DNA of 64,000 nt from a virus (Duplodnaviria > Caudoviricetes): IMG/VR virus record IMGVR_UViG_3300025575_000011, positions 20,151 through 84,150 of that record. One strand, written 5' to 3'. The translations under genes were made by a program, and so were the position numbers. Below are positions 54,768 through 64,000 of the stretch, in pieces (within the stretch, counting starts at the first letter, position 1; the number at the start of each line of letters is the position of its first letter). Below the pieces are notes generated by a model. That model had not been told where the DNA came from. It worked only from the letters and a program-made list of their open reading frames with translations, and did not search any database.

Positions 54768-55092
54768 GTATAAGTAACCTCCTTATGTAAATTTGTGTAA
54801 GTCAATAATAAAAGGAGATAGTATTAAATTATCTAAAATACTACCTCACTCATGCTCCTTTATGCTTCCATATGCTCCATATTCCTAGCTCAATAATCCC
54901 ATGAAAACGTAATTTCCTAGGGTAAGATTAAATCCAAGTTATGCATCAAATTAAAAACATTATATAGATTAAATTATTTTATAATTCATAGAAAATATTA
55001 AGCTTTTATACTCTCTATAAATTTATTAGTTTCTTAAAGAAGGACAAAATAAAAGAACTATATTTCAAATCCATTATTTCGTCCTATTGTAA

Positions 55093-55278
55093 TTAAACTA
55101 CTGGAATTACATCTCCATAACCTTCAATAATCAAAATTGCATTTGTATCATCTTGAAACTGTTTGTATAGTGTTATTGCGAACATTTGGTTGTAATAAGC
55201 TTGAGCCACCAATATCCCTGAATCATCATACTTAGTCTTAATTCTCATTGCGAAATATGCTGCCATTTCTTTAGTCAC
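55093..55278 (-). CDS. small tail-fibre-associated protein
   Basis: 61 aa; follows the tail fibre genes. Confidence 0.5.
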   Translation of the reverse strand: MTKEMAAYFAMRIKTKYDDSGILVAQAYYNQMFAITLYKQFQDDTNAILIIEGYGDVIPVV

Positions 55279-55315
55279 CTCCCTTCACCCCCTTACTATT
55301 ATTTTTAAATTAAAA

Positions 55316-55702
55316 TTAAAATGCAGGTATAAGATTTGCTAAAATAAAGTCTGTAGCATCTTGAGTTGATTTTATTGCTATTTTCAATGTATCATTTTCT
55401 TCTTTTAGGGAAATCAAATCTGCATTTGATTTGGTTATTTGTGATTGAAGTTGTTCTATTGGGGTTGGTTGAATAATTTCTGGAATAGGAATATCAGAAA
55501 TTGTGGAAACTATTCCGTCAATTAACTCTAAATGAAATAATGTCTCTTCTGTTTCAATATAATTATAATCTCCTACGGTTCCACCAAAATTAGGAATTAC
55601 ATTTAGTTCAATTTCTTGTTCAAATGTCATTTCCTTGATGACTGTTCCTACGCACAACAAATCTAATTTACGATAAACTACTATCATTATTGAACCTCCC
55701 AA
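55316..55702 (-). CDS. tail fibre assembly/chaperone-like protein
   Basis: PTPIEQLQ coiled-coil C-terminus. Confidence 0.55.
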   Translation of the reverse strand: MGGSIMIVVYRKLDLLCVGTVIKEMTFEQEIELNVIPNFGGTVGDYNYIETEETLFHLELIDGIVSTISDIPIPEIIQPTPIEQLQSQITKSNADLISLKEENDTLKIAIKSTQDATDFILANLIPAF

Positions 55703-56559
55703 AGAACATTTACATTAATATTTCGCGTTGAAGCATCCGAATTATGAAACACCAGTATCAAATTAGTTCCCAGTATATAAGCATTTTGTAAACTTAAAAC
55801 ATAAGTGCTAGAACAAGCAGCCCCTAAATAACCATCAGTCATGGCCACAATTGTTCCGCTTTGAGGAGTAGTTCCGATACCTCTAGCATGTGCTGCTACA
55901 GTATCGAAGTCGATCATGGAATAAGAGCCGTAAGTTGGAGTAGATAAAACTAAAGATCCAACTTTTCCGGTTAGCCCTAGTGGAATAGTTTTTGTATAGG
56001 TAACTCCAGCCAACACTGACGTAGTTGTATCAGTAAAGTACCCGGTAGCGGAAACCAAGGGCAACTGAGTGTTGCTTAATACTCCTAGTGTGTTTAGAGT
56101 TGCGACACCATTTGCTACTCCTTTTTGAGTCAAAGGAATAAGTAAATTAGTAGCGGATTTTAAGCCCAATGGGTGCACTGCTCTTGTATTATCTGTTCCT
56201 GTGGTTGTTTCTGTTGGGGTTGCTAATTTAATATGTGCTGAAACTGTCTCTGAGGAAGATAGTGAAGTATGATTATTTATACTATCATTAATCCCATTAT
56301 AGTCATCTGCTGTAATAAGATAACTTTTCAGAGCATCTTGAAGAACCATTAGCATTCCTTCTTGACCTAAATTTGTATAAATTCCTGATAAATAGTTCGT
56401 GGTGTCGTATATGATGCCAGATGTTGCAGATGTGAATGAAATATTTCCAGATGAACTTCGAGGACTTAGTTTAAATAAATAATCAAACTGAATATATTCT
56501 GAAACTAGATTATTAATACCTCCCGAATTTGCGTTTGGAAGGTTAAGTTTAACTGTCAT
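55687..56559 (-). CDS. tail fibre / receptor-binding protein
   Basis: SETVSAHIKLATPTETTTGTDNTRAVHPLGLK fibre repeat, KGVANGVATL. Confidence 0.7.
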   Translation of the reverse strand: MTVKLNLPNANSGGINNLVSEYIQFDYLFKLSPRSSSGNISFTSATSGIIYDTTNYLSGIYTNLGQEGMLMVLQDALKSYLITADDYNGINDSINNHTSLSSSETVSAHIKLATPTETTTGTDNTRAVHPLGLKSATNLLIPLTQKGVANGVATLNTLGVLSNTQLPLVSATGYFTDTTTSVLAGVTYTKTIPLGLTGKVGSLVLSTPTYGSYSMIDFDTVAAHARGIGTTPQSGTIVAMTDGYLGAACSSTYVLSLQNAYILGTNLILVFHNSDASTRNINVNVLWEVQ

Positions 56560-56615
56560 ATTTTATTTGTCACCATCCTTTTGTGGTTGATTATCAATAT
56601 AATTTAAATATTCAT

Positions 56616-56915
56616 TTATGGTTTGTTTTTAGCAACAGCCACAAATGCATTTGAGAGTGAAGAAATAGAGAATAGATATACTTCGTCACCAATTACTAAA
56701 TTTGTTACTCCACTCTTATTTTTGAGATCAGGTATTACAGTAGTTTCACCAATTAAATGAACACTGATCAAATTTCCACTAAATCCTGTGATAATTGCAT
56801 CCCAAGCCGAAACATTTCCATACTCTTCCTGTTTCTCTTTTTCTCTCAACATTTTATATTTTTTTTCTGTAAAATCGTTTAGAAATTTAGCAAAATCCGT
56901 TGAGTTTATATCCAT
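56616..56915 (-). CDS. baseplate spike-like protein
   Basis: WDAIITG...ISVHL...IGDEV OB-fold-like pattern. Confidence 0.5.
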   Translation of the reverse strand: MDINSTDFAKFLNDFTEKKYKMLREKEKQEEYGNVSAWDAIITGFSGNLISVHLIGETTVIPDLKNKSGVTNLVIGDEVYLFSISSLSNAFVAVAKNKP

Positions 56916-56940
56916 TATTTTATTTTCACCTACTTAAATA

Positions 56941-58083
56941 TTATATAAATGGAATTTCTTTGGATTTTATTACATTAAGTGATAATGCTCCATTAGTACT
57001 TAAAGATAACGAATAATCGTTAATAATGAATCTTTCATCACTTAATCCTAATTTTTCATCTGTTAATGTAACAATCTCATCTGGATTTAAATGAAATAAT
57101 TTAATACTATTAATTTGAACTGAGTTTTGTACTGCTGTTTTATATTTTAGAATATAATTAGCTAAATCTGTGCATTGCAAAACCGTGGAAAGTGTATCTT
57201 TTTGATAATAAAATATTCTTTCAAATCCATTTAGATTAGGAATACTGGTTGGAGATAAAAGATTGGTGTTTGATGCCTTATATGAAACAGTTGGTCCATT
57301 TACATTTGAACCTACTACCAAACAACTATTACACATTTCTCTCCAATTATATTGATTTTTAGCACCTTGATATGAAAGATCATCTTCTGTTGTAAAATCC
57401 CATAACGATGATTTAATTCCGTCATCAACGTCTTTGCTTACAACCATTTGACCAAGTTCATTATAATAACAACTTGCTGAATATAATTGTGCAAGGTCAA
57501 CAATAATTTTACCCAATGTGTCACTTGGTTGATATGTCATAGTATAAGGATTTGTCAAACCAACTAAAGCAGAATCAATAATAGGAGCTTTAGGATCTCC
57601 ACTTAAAGTAAGAATACTTTTTATTGCTGTACTTATATCTGTCCCAACATTTATTATATATACGTAACCTAATTCTCCACCCAAATCTCCATTTATTAAT
57701 CCAAATTTATCTACTGCTTGAATACTAATTAATGATTCACTAAAATTACTTGAGACAGATGGGTCGTCTAATATAAATATTCCTTGTGGTAGAAAATAGT
57801 CTGTGCCATCTGGTAATTCTAGTCCAAGAAACAGTTGCATTTTTTGATGAATATAAAAAGAATCAATATTTGGTATATATTGATTATCTAAATTTATAAT
57901 ATCAAAATTTACAGTTCTACGAACCCCATTATTTCTTTTAACAGAAAGATTTCCAGAAGTATTAGCAATTAATGACGTTATATTTTCTATAGGGGTTTCA
58001 TCTTGGCGAAGTAACTCTAATTTAATCTTCTGTTTATGTACCCCTGATTTAAGGGCAGATATATATGAATCATAGGAGGACAT
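56941..58083 (-). CDS. baseplate hub / minor tail protein
   Basis: NGVRRTV, PQGIFI, YYNELGQMV; tail-module position. Confidence 0.65.
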   Translation of the reverse strand: MSSYDSYISALKSGVHKQKIKLELLRQDETPIENITSLIANTSGNLSVKRNNGVRRTVNFDIINLDNQYIPNIDSFYIHQKMQLFLGLELPDGTDYFLPQGIFILDDPSVSSNFSESLISIQAVDKFGLINGDLGGELGYVYIINVGTDISTAIKSILTLSGDPKAPIIDSALVGLTNPYTMTYQPSDTLGKIIVDLAQLYSASCYYNELGQMVVSKDVDDGIKSSLWDFTTEDDLSYQGAKNQYNWREMCNSCLVVGSNVNGPTVSYKASNTNLLSPTSIPNLNGFERIFYYQKDTLSTVLQCTDLANYILKYKTAVQNSVQINSIKLFHLNPDEIVTLTDEKLGLSDERFIINDYSLSLSTNGALSLNVIKSKEIPFI

Positions 58084-58129
58084 AATTTATATCACCTTCT
58101 CTTATTATTGCTCATATAATATTATAAAA

Positions 58130-58987
58130 TTAAATACTAGCCACTTCCGTTATATCGAACGATATTAGAATTATTTGCTCTTGTATTCCATCATCTAGTT
58201 GTTGCTCAGAATAATTTGAGGTATAAATTCTATAAATCTCTCCACGCCTAGTTTTAAAAATCTTCTGCTTACCATTTAAGATGAATTCGCATAAATTATC
58301 TATATAATTAATACTTTGTTGAAGTTTACCATTTATATCAACGGTTCCGCAAATACAAGTCAACTTCGTGCTAAAATATCTACTTTGACCTTGTGAAATT
58401 GTAGGATATTTTGAATAAGATTTGGAAATAGTAACATCTTCGTTGTATTGTTTTGCCGAAGACTGAATATTTAAATCAAATTTATATACCATACCTTGAT
58501 CTTCATCTACGAGATAATAACCAAAATAATCTGTTGATATTTCATCTGCCTCAAGCGGTTCTGATTGCTCAGTATTGCTATTTGCATAAACTGAATACAC
58601 ATAATTTTTGCCCTGTTGGGAGGTGTAATCAATAAATTCATTAACTCCAACATCAACATCCCCTAATGGTTCTAACGTACTACCACTAACTTCTCTGCGA
58701 TTAATTTGCCACTGTGTGATAGGATTTACTAAATTAGCAATATTTCCACCAACTAAATTATTTTCAAACTCTGCCATAAGTAACGTGTTTATATCCCACT
58801 TTAAATTATCCGTAATAACAATATTCCTAATATTTTCATTATCTAATTCAATATTTCTTATATGTAATTTATCTATTATTGCATTTCCATATATTTTTAC
58901 CTTTGAGTAAGCCCTACGTAATGGGATATTTGTTCCTTCAATACTTTGAAAGACAGAAACCCCGATAAACGATCCAGACAAAAACAA
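58130..58987 (-). CDS. tail protein (FnIII-like plus distal tail-like region)
   Basis: QINRRE..FIDYT..YVYSV; tail-module position. Confidence 0.6.
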   Translation of the reverse strand: MFLSGSFIGVSVFQSIEGTNIPLRRAYSKVKIYGNAIIDKLHIRNIELDNENIRNIVITDNLKWDINTLLMAEFENNLVGGNIANLVNPITQWQINRREVSGSTLEPLGDVDVGVNEFIDYTSQQGKNYVYSVYANSNTEQSEPLEADEISTDYFGYYLVDEDQGMVYKFDLNIQSSAKQYNEDVTISKSYSKYPTISQGQSRYFSTKLTCICGTVDINGKLQQSINYIDNLCEFILNGKQKIFKTRRGEIYRIYTSNYSEQQLDDGIQEQIILISFDITEVASI

Positions 58988-59006
58988 ATTATTTCACCAC
59001 CTCACA

Positions 59007-60074
59007 TTATGGTTTAAGATATTCATAAATTTGATTATTAACTATAATTAAAACCTCAATACTTTTTATCGCAATTAAAAATACTCCAGATGGCAATGAC
59101 TTTGGATTTCCATTAATAGTTATTAGTCCATTTTTATAATAAAAACATCCTAGATCAGAATCATAACCCATTTCATATGGAATTCCATCGTCATCCATGA
59201 ATTCAATCATTTTACCTCCTATAAACGAGTTGTCAGGAATATAATCAATTAAAGTTGTGAAATTCAATGGGATGCCTACATCAAATTCTACATAACTTGA
59301 TGAATTTGCTATTTTTAGTCCTGTATTGCCCGAAGTGAATAAGTTTGGAATATATGAAGATGTTCCTGTGATTGTTCCGTTTATCTGAATTGGAGAACTC
59401 CAATTTAATTTTACTGCTGACAATTCAGAAAGGAGTGTTGCTGTGGGAATAAAATTCAATGAAGGAGCAGAGTATGAACAAGTAAATGTATAAGTTAGAG
59501 AATGAATAATTAAATTCATCTGATTTTCCACAACCGTATAGCATTTATATTGATTTCCAGAAATAAAACCGTCATACTGATAAGAAATATTTCCACTATA
59601 GGAATATGGAGTTTGAAGGATTATGTTATTTAATGAGTCTAAAAAAACCATATACCAACGATTAATTGGAATAGACTGAGCTTGGGCATATGTGGCAGGA
59701 AATAAAAATTTCTTTGATGTTATAGTTGATGGAACGGTCATGGTTAATGTAGGAATAGCATAAGCATAAAAAGGTGTTTCTCTTGTGGTTGCAGAGAGTG
59801 CATTTGACCATATAGTCAAAGTCCATTTGTATTGGATTCCATTTGTTAATCCTGAGTTTAGAATATATGAAAAAATGTCGTTTTGATAAAGATTCGGAGA
59901 AAGCGAAAGTTTTGTAGAGTTAAAAATTATAGTATTTGCCATATTGTATATAATTAATTGATAGTGAGTTGCAATTGTTCCTTGTATTTTTGCTGTGAAA
60001 GTTATTGGGGAAGATGCTGTAACGCTTGTGTTATTCGGCGAGAGGTATGAACTCTGGTAGATCGCCAATATCAT
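59007..60074 (-). CDS. beta-rich tail protein
   Basis: Ig/FnIII-like repeats; follows tape measure and HNH. Confidence 0.6.
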   Translation of the reverse strand: MILAIYQSSYLSPNNTSVTASSPITFTAKIQGTIATHYQLIIYNMANTIIFNSTKLSLSPNLYQNDIFSYILNSGLTNGIQYKWTLTIWSNALSATTRETPFYAYAIPTLTMTVPSTITSKKFLFPATYAQAQSIPINRWYMVFLDSLNNIILQTPYSYSGNISYQYDGFISGNQYKCYTVVENQMNLIIHSLTYTFTCSYSAPSLNFIPTATLLSELSAVKLNWSSPIQINGTITGTSSYIPNLFTSGNTGLKIANSSSYVEFDVGIPLNFTTLIDYIPDNSFIGGKMIEFMDDDGIPYEMGYDSDLGCFYYKNGLITINGNPKSLPSGVFLIAIKSIEVLIIVNNQIYEYLKP

Positions 60075-60918
60075 TACCTCCTAAACTATTATTACTATTT
60101 ATATATTTAATATATTGCTCTAGTTGCTTAATGGTATTATTTTTCTTTCCAAATATATGATGGAAAGACCACTTAGCAGAAGAATGGTGTTCTTTACATA
60201 TCGTTATCCCGTTGTCTATATCAAATCTTAATTCTAAATTGTCAGAAAAGTTCTTTATATGATGAGCTTGGAGTTTTCCACCTCGTATACCACATACTTG
60301 ACAAGTATAATTATCTCTTTCAAAAACACTCTTTCTCCAATGTTTATATTCAATAGAACCTCTTAATTTATTTATTTCTGTTGTGATTCCTCCTTTCCAA
60401 TTGCCGTTATTTTCTCCGTAACGTTTTTTGGTGAATTCTTCTGTTTGCATATAATGTGTAAACCCATATCTTATCATATTTGCTTGATTGATTTTTGCTC
60501 TAATTGGTGAAGATTTTTTCAAAACACTTGAAACACCATATTTAATTAGGTTGGTATCCGATATTTTTTTCTTAATTTCAGGTAAACAAAATACATTATT
60601 AACATTATATTTAGCCAATGTTATTTCAGACGATTTTTTACTTGCACATTTTGAACAAGCATCTTTATTAACTAAATTAGAATTTTTCAAGCTTCTAATA
60701 TAATTTACATACACTACAGGAGAAATAGTTTCTATCCCTTCATCTAAACAATAATCACATTGCACACTAACTTTAATATTACTTCCTAAAGCCAGATCCT
60801 CTATTTTCACTGTCAGTTTATCTCCCTTTTTTGTAAATATATATCCTTTTGGCTCATATATATTTTTATTGCTTCCCCATGTTACCTCTACTTCTTTTGT
60901 CAATAACAATTTAATCAT
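60031..60918 (-). CDS. free-standing HNH homing endonuclease
   Basis: NWKGG, WRKSVFERDNYTCQVCG, AHHIKNF, NGITICKEHH. Confidence 0.88.
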   Translation of the reverse strand: MIKLLLTKEVEVTWGSNKNIYEPKGYIFTKKGDKLTVKIEDLALGSNIKVSVQCDYCLDEGIETISPVVYVNYIRSLKNSNLVNKDACSKCASKKSSEITLAKYNVNNVFCLPEIKKKISDTNLIKYGVSSVLKKSSPIRAKINQANMIRYGFTHYMQTEEFTKKRYGENNGNWKGGITTEINKLRGSIEYKHWRKSVFERDNYTCQVCGIRGGKLQAHHIKNFSDNLELRFDIDNGITICKEHHSSAKWSFHHIFGKKNNTIKQLEQYIKYINSNNSLGGNDIGDLPEFIPLAE

Positions 60919-60955
60919 TCCTTTCCGACATTTAATAAATTCCGACAACAAAAAA

Positions 60956-61016
60956 CAACAGAGAAGAATTGTCGGTTTCTTTTCAGATGTGTCATGACCA
61001 CATCCTATCTCTGTTG
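60956..61016 (-). ncRNA. candidate three-way-junction leader RNA, copy 3 (divergent)
   Basis: P1 CAACAGAGA/TCTCTGTTG, P2 GATGTG/CACATC, P3 AGAA/TTCT. Confidence 0.5.
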
Positions 61017-61041
61017 AAAAATTTCTATTTAATTGCACATA

Positions 61042-61068
61042 AAAGGAGAGACTATAAATCTCTCCTTT
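61042..61068 (-). terminator. intrinsic terminator after the tape measure gene
   Basis: AAAGGAGAGA/TCTCTCCTTT. Confidence 0.75.
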
Positions 61069-61082
61069 GAAATGAAATATTA

Positions 61083-64000
61083 TTATTTCGTTAGACGTAC
61101 CAAATTCTGAAGTTGACTAACCAAATCTGAAGCTGAATTACTTGTGACATTTAACGTATTTATTGTAATACCACCACCATCGGAAGCAACACCATTATTC
61201 ATATTTGGTAACTTAATGTTGCTAAAATCAATTGTAGGTATTCTGAAATTAGACATAATATCAGGAATACTAATGTTTTTAAGGATAGAAGTAATATCGG
61301 GTAATTTAGCAATTAGAGCATTAAATGAAGATGTTTGTTCTGCTGTAAGAACTCTTTCTTTTTCATGAAGAATTCCAAGTTTACCTGAATCTCCCCATGA
61401 ACCTGTTTCTCCACCAGTACCAAAACTACTAAACTTCTTCTCATAATCTGATGGAGTGCCATTTCCTGTAGTTGAAGTTCCATCAGCTTTTGTTATTGTG
61501 TAATTTCCTGTAGCTTGGTCATAACTTCCATTTTTTGTAATGTTAAAATCATTTGTATTTCCATTTGAACCTGAATATGAAGAACCACTGCTACCACCAG
61601 ATGAACCTGAATTGGTAATTGAAGATGCCAATGAATTTGCTTGACTTTGTAATCCACTCATTTGTCCAACATAAGTTGTATATGCAGAAATTATAGTATT
61701 CAAATTACTACTAATATTACTTGATATATTATTCCATGTTGCTGTATTTGAATCTTGGAGCGATGTTAAAAACCCAGTATTAGCACTCGTCATAGCATCA
61801 TTAAAAGCAGTAGTATCCGCATATTCACCATTTTGAGCATTGGTAACAACAGTTTTAATATTTGCAAGATACTCAGATTTTTGATTTAATAAATCTTGAT
61901 CTGATTTATTTTTATCGTCTTGCTGAGTTTTTGCCAAATCTTGTTGCTCTTGATAAAGTGTTCCTTGAAGTTGTAATGTTTTAGTTTGATCTGCTTGCCA
62001 AGTCCATTGATAATCTCCATTACCACTTTTATCTGTTAATACACGAATTGACTTTTGATTTTGAGAATCAGATAACTCTGCTTGAGTTTTTTGAATTTGT
62101 AATTGTTTTTCAAGCAAATCTAAGTCAGAACGTTTTATATCAGCAGATGAATTAAGAAGTGCTAATTGTTGTTGACTTAATGTTAATTGATTTTTTTGAG
62201 CATCAAGAAATCCACCATTTAGAGAAGCATTATCTTGTGCTAATTGATTTCGAATTCTTAGGATTGATGCTGCTTTTTCTTCACCTGAGATATACTCATT
62301 TTGATAATTAACTTTATCTTGAAGTGCTTGTTTGGCTTGATCTTCAGTTTGACCACCAAAAATAGATAATTCTGCTGTGTGAAGTTGTTTATTCGTTTGA
62401 TTATCAAGTTGAGATTTATAAGTAGCAGAGAGTGTGGTCATTGCTGATTGTAGAGTGGATTGATATGATGTTATTTTGTCATTAATTACTTGCCATTCTG
62501 CTGAACTTTGTTGTAATAAATCTCGTTGAGTTGTTAATGCAGTAATGGATTCTTGAATTTGAGAGAGATTAGTGGTTTGAGCAGAAATTTGGGATTGGAG
62601 AATGACATTTATCATGTCATAGTTTTTAGGTTGGACTGCTTCTTGAATTTGAAGTTGGAGAGAAAGGGATGTTTCTAGCTCGGAATTTTGCTTCTGTTGA
62701 ATTTGATATTGATTATCTAATTGTGATGTAGAAGAATCAGCCATTGCTTTTTTATTTGAAGCTGAATCAAGACTTAATTTAGACATTTGATCAATTAAAA
62801 TATTTGTCGCTTCTGCTGTTAATTTAGTATTTGTTAATTGATCTTTAACTTTAGCAATTTCTTCATCAATTGCATCTTGTTTATTTTTTAGTGATAGTGT
62901 TTGATTATTTTGCTCTTGAGTATATTCTTTTGAAGAGATATTATAGAGGTCCATTGTTGCTTTAGACTGAGCAAGATGTTTGTCTACTGAAGAAATTGTG
63001 TTATTATATTGATCAATTTCTGTTGATACTAATGTGGTTTTTAGGTTTTCAATGCTTAAAGTCATACTGTCTATGGAATTTTTGTTTTCAACCCAAGATT
63101 TACGTAGCTTTTGGAGGTTAGTAAATTCCAATTCCATATTTTTCTGTGTTTCAGCACTGGATTGATTATATTCATTGATATATGTTGATGACATTTCATT
63201 ATCTTGATTTAGCCATCTATTAATATCTCCATATGATGAACTAGCAGATGCAAGGGAGGAGTCTTTAATATTATTGATTTTTGTACGAGCTTCTGTGAGT
63301 TGAGTCATCTCTAATGTTTGTGATGAAATGAGGTCATTTGTTTTTGATACTGCTGATGAATAATCTCTTGTGCTTTTAGCGATGTCTATATCTTTTTGTA
63401 TTAATGCAGATTTTTCAGATGTAAGTTTAGACACAAGAGCAATTTCTTGAAGAATGACATCACTTGCATCTTTATATGCTGGAATTTCTGGTGTTGCTGA
63501 TGAATTATTGATTTGGTTTACTGCTGTCTCATTTGTTTTACGACTATTATAGTCCGACATGATTTTAGAGACGTAGGATTTTGTCTCCTGTGGCATGTAT
63601 TGTTGTTCTTGAGCAAAAGTTGTTGTACCATGTTTGCTCATGGAATTTTGTAAATTTCCACTACCCCAGTTATAAGCACTTAATGCAAGCTCTATACTAT
63701 TGCCGAATTTCTTCATCATTTCAGATAGGTATTTAGATCCTCCAGCAATATTCTGAGCACTATCCCATACATTAGATACACCTAAGTCCTTCGCGGTTCC
63801 CGGCATAAGTTGCATAAGACCTTTTGCACCTGTTGGACTTGTAGCAGTTGCTGGTGTATTTTTGAATCCTGATTCTTGTTTGATTACAGCGTCAACGAGG
63901 GTAGCACTAATATTATTTGCTTTAGCACTAGCACGAATTTGGTCAGCGAATGGGCCTGTTACTGCTTCTATTTTTTCTGCTGCTTTGGCAAGAGCATCTG
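61083..64000 (-). CDS. tail tape measure protein with lytic transglycosylase domain (5' end outside window)
   Basis: VDAVIKQESGF..SPTGAKGLMQLMPGTA..ALSAYNWG; long Q/K-rich coiled coil; frame open to the window edge. Confidence 0.9.
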   Translation of the reverse strand, partial: DALAKAAEKIEAVTGPFADQIRASAKANNISATLVDAVIKQESGFKNTPATATSPTGAKGLMQLMPGTAKDLGVSNVWDSAQNIAGGSKYLSEMMKKFGNSIELALSAYNWGSGNLQNSMSKHGTTTFAQEQQYMPQETKSYVSKIMSDYNSRKTNETAVNQINNSSATPEIPAYKDASDVILQEIALVSKLTSEKSALIQKDIDIAKSTRDYSSAVSKTNDLISSQTLEMTQLTEARTKINNIKDSSLASASSSYGDINRWLNQDNEMSSTYINEYNQSSAETQKNMELEFTNLQKLRKSWVENKNSIDSMTLSIENLKTTLVSTEIDQYNNTISSVDKHLAQSKATMDLYNISSKEYTQEQNNQTLSLKNKQDAIDEEIAKVKDQLTNTKLTAEATNILIDQMSKLSLDSASNKKAMADSSTSQLDNQYQIQQKQNSELETSLSLQLQIQEAVQPKNYDMINVILQSQISAQTTNLSQIQESITALTTQRDLLQQSSAEWQVINDKITSYQSTLQSAMTTLSATYKSQLDNQTNKQLHTAELSIFGGQTEDQAKQALQDKVNYQNEYISGEEKAASILRIRNQLAQDNASLNGGFLDAQKNQLTLSQQQLALLNSSADIKRSDLDLLEKQLQIQKTQAELSDSQNQKSIRVLTDKSGNGDYQWTWQADQTKTLQLQGTLYQEQQDLAKTQQDDKNKSDQDLLNQKSEYLANIKTVVTNAQNGEYADTTAFNDAMTSANTGFLTSLQDSNTATWNNISSNISSNLNTIISAYTTYVGQMSGLQSQANSLASSITNSGSSGGSSGSSYSGSNGNTNDFNITKNGSYDQATGNYTITKADGTSTTGNGTPSDYEKKFSSFGTGGETGSWGDSGKLGILHEKERVLTAEQTSSFNALIAKLPDITSILKNISIPDIMSNFRIPTIDFSNIKLPNMNNGVASDGGGITINTLNVTSNSASDLVSQLQNLVRLTK

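Noticed and set aside
60976-60990. CTGAAAAGAAA in junction copy 3 as a hammerhead core
   Set aside because: Lacks CUGANGA and a stem II between the core halves; absent from copies 1 and 2.
63-61368. Many 60-100 aa ORFs in the supplied track that lie antisense to or nested in long genes (e.g. 4796..5074, 14215..14490, 33841..34125, 51985..52227)
   Set aside because: No RBS or motifs; expected shadow ORFs.

Overview
AT-rich 64 kb internal segment of a large temperate Firmicute phage, most likely a phage-plasmid of Clostridium or a relative (host inferred from the endolysin C-terminus and general gene style). No integrase, capsid, terminase, rRNA, tRNA or CRISPR array is visible. Left arm, + strand, 1-25.8 kb: accessory small genes and a Dam-like methylase; an SPbeta-like replication/recombination operon (SSB, Sak4-like ATPase, DnaB-like helicase, primase, Cas4-like exonuclease, DnaE, ERCC4 nuclease); nucleotide metabolism (nrdD/nrdG, dUTPase, ThyX-like, dNMP kinase, HAD nucleotidase). 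Centre, 25.8-30.3 kb: a plasmid maintenance locus with an HTH Rep-like gene, a 55-unit octamer array, a ParA pair and a divergent ParM/ParR-like pair. 30.5-39.3 kb: tiny membrane proteins, a large P-loop ATPase, an M23 peptidase and a DGQHR-like protein. Right arm, - strand: tape measure with lytic transglycosylase, tail/baseplate, lysis genes, a post-lysis appendage module with a large trypsin-like protease, a primase-like protein, a methylase and free-standing endonucleases. Most unusual signals are non-coding: (1) a covarying three-way-junction leader repeated upstream of unrelated HNH and primase-like genes, (2) about 13 pseudo-palindromic 10-6-10 bp sites at accessory-gene boundaries, (3) a hairpin family whose 17-nt loop is flipped between the two copies flanking a methylase. 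All family assignments come from motif recognition, not database searches.
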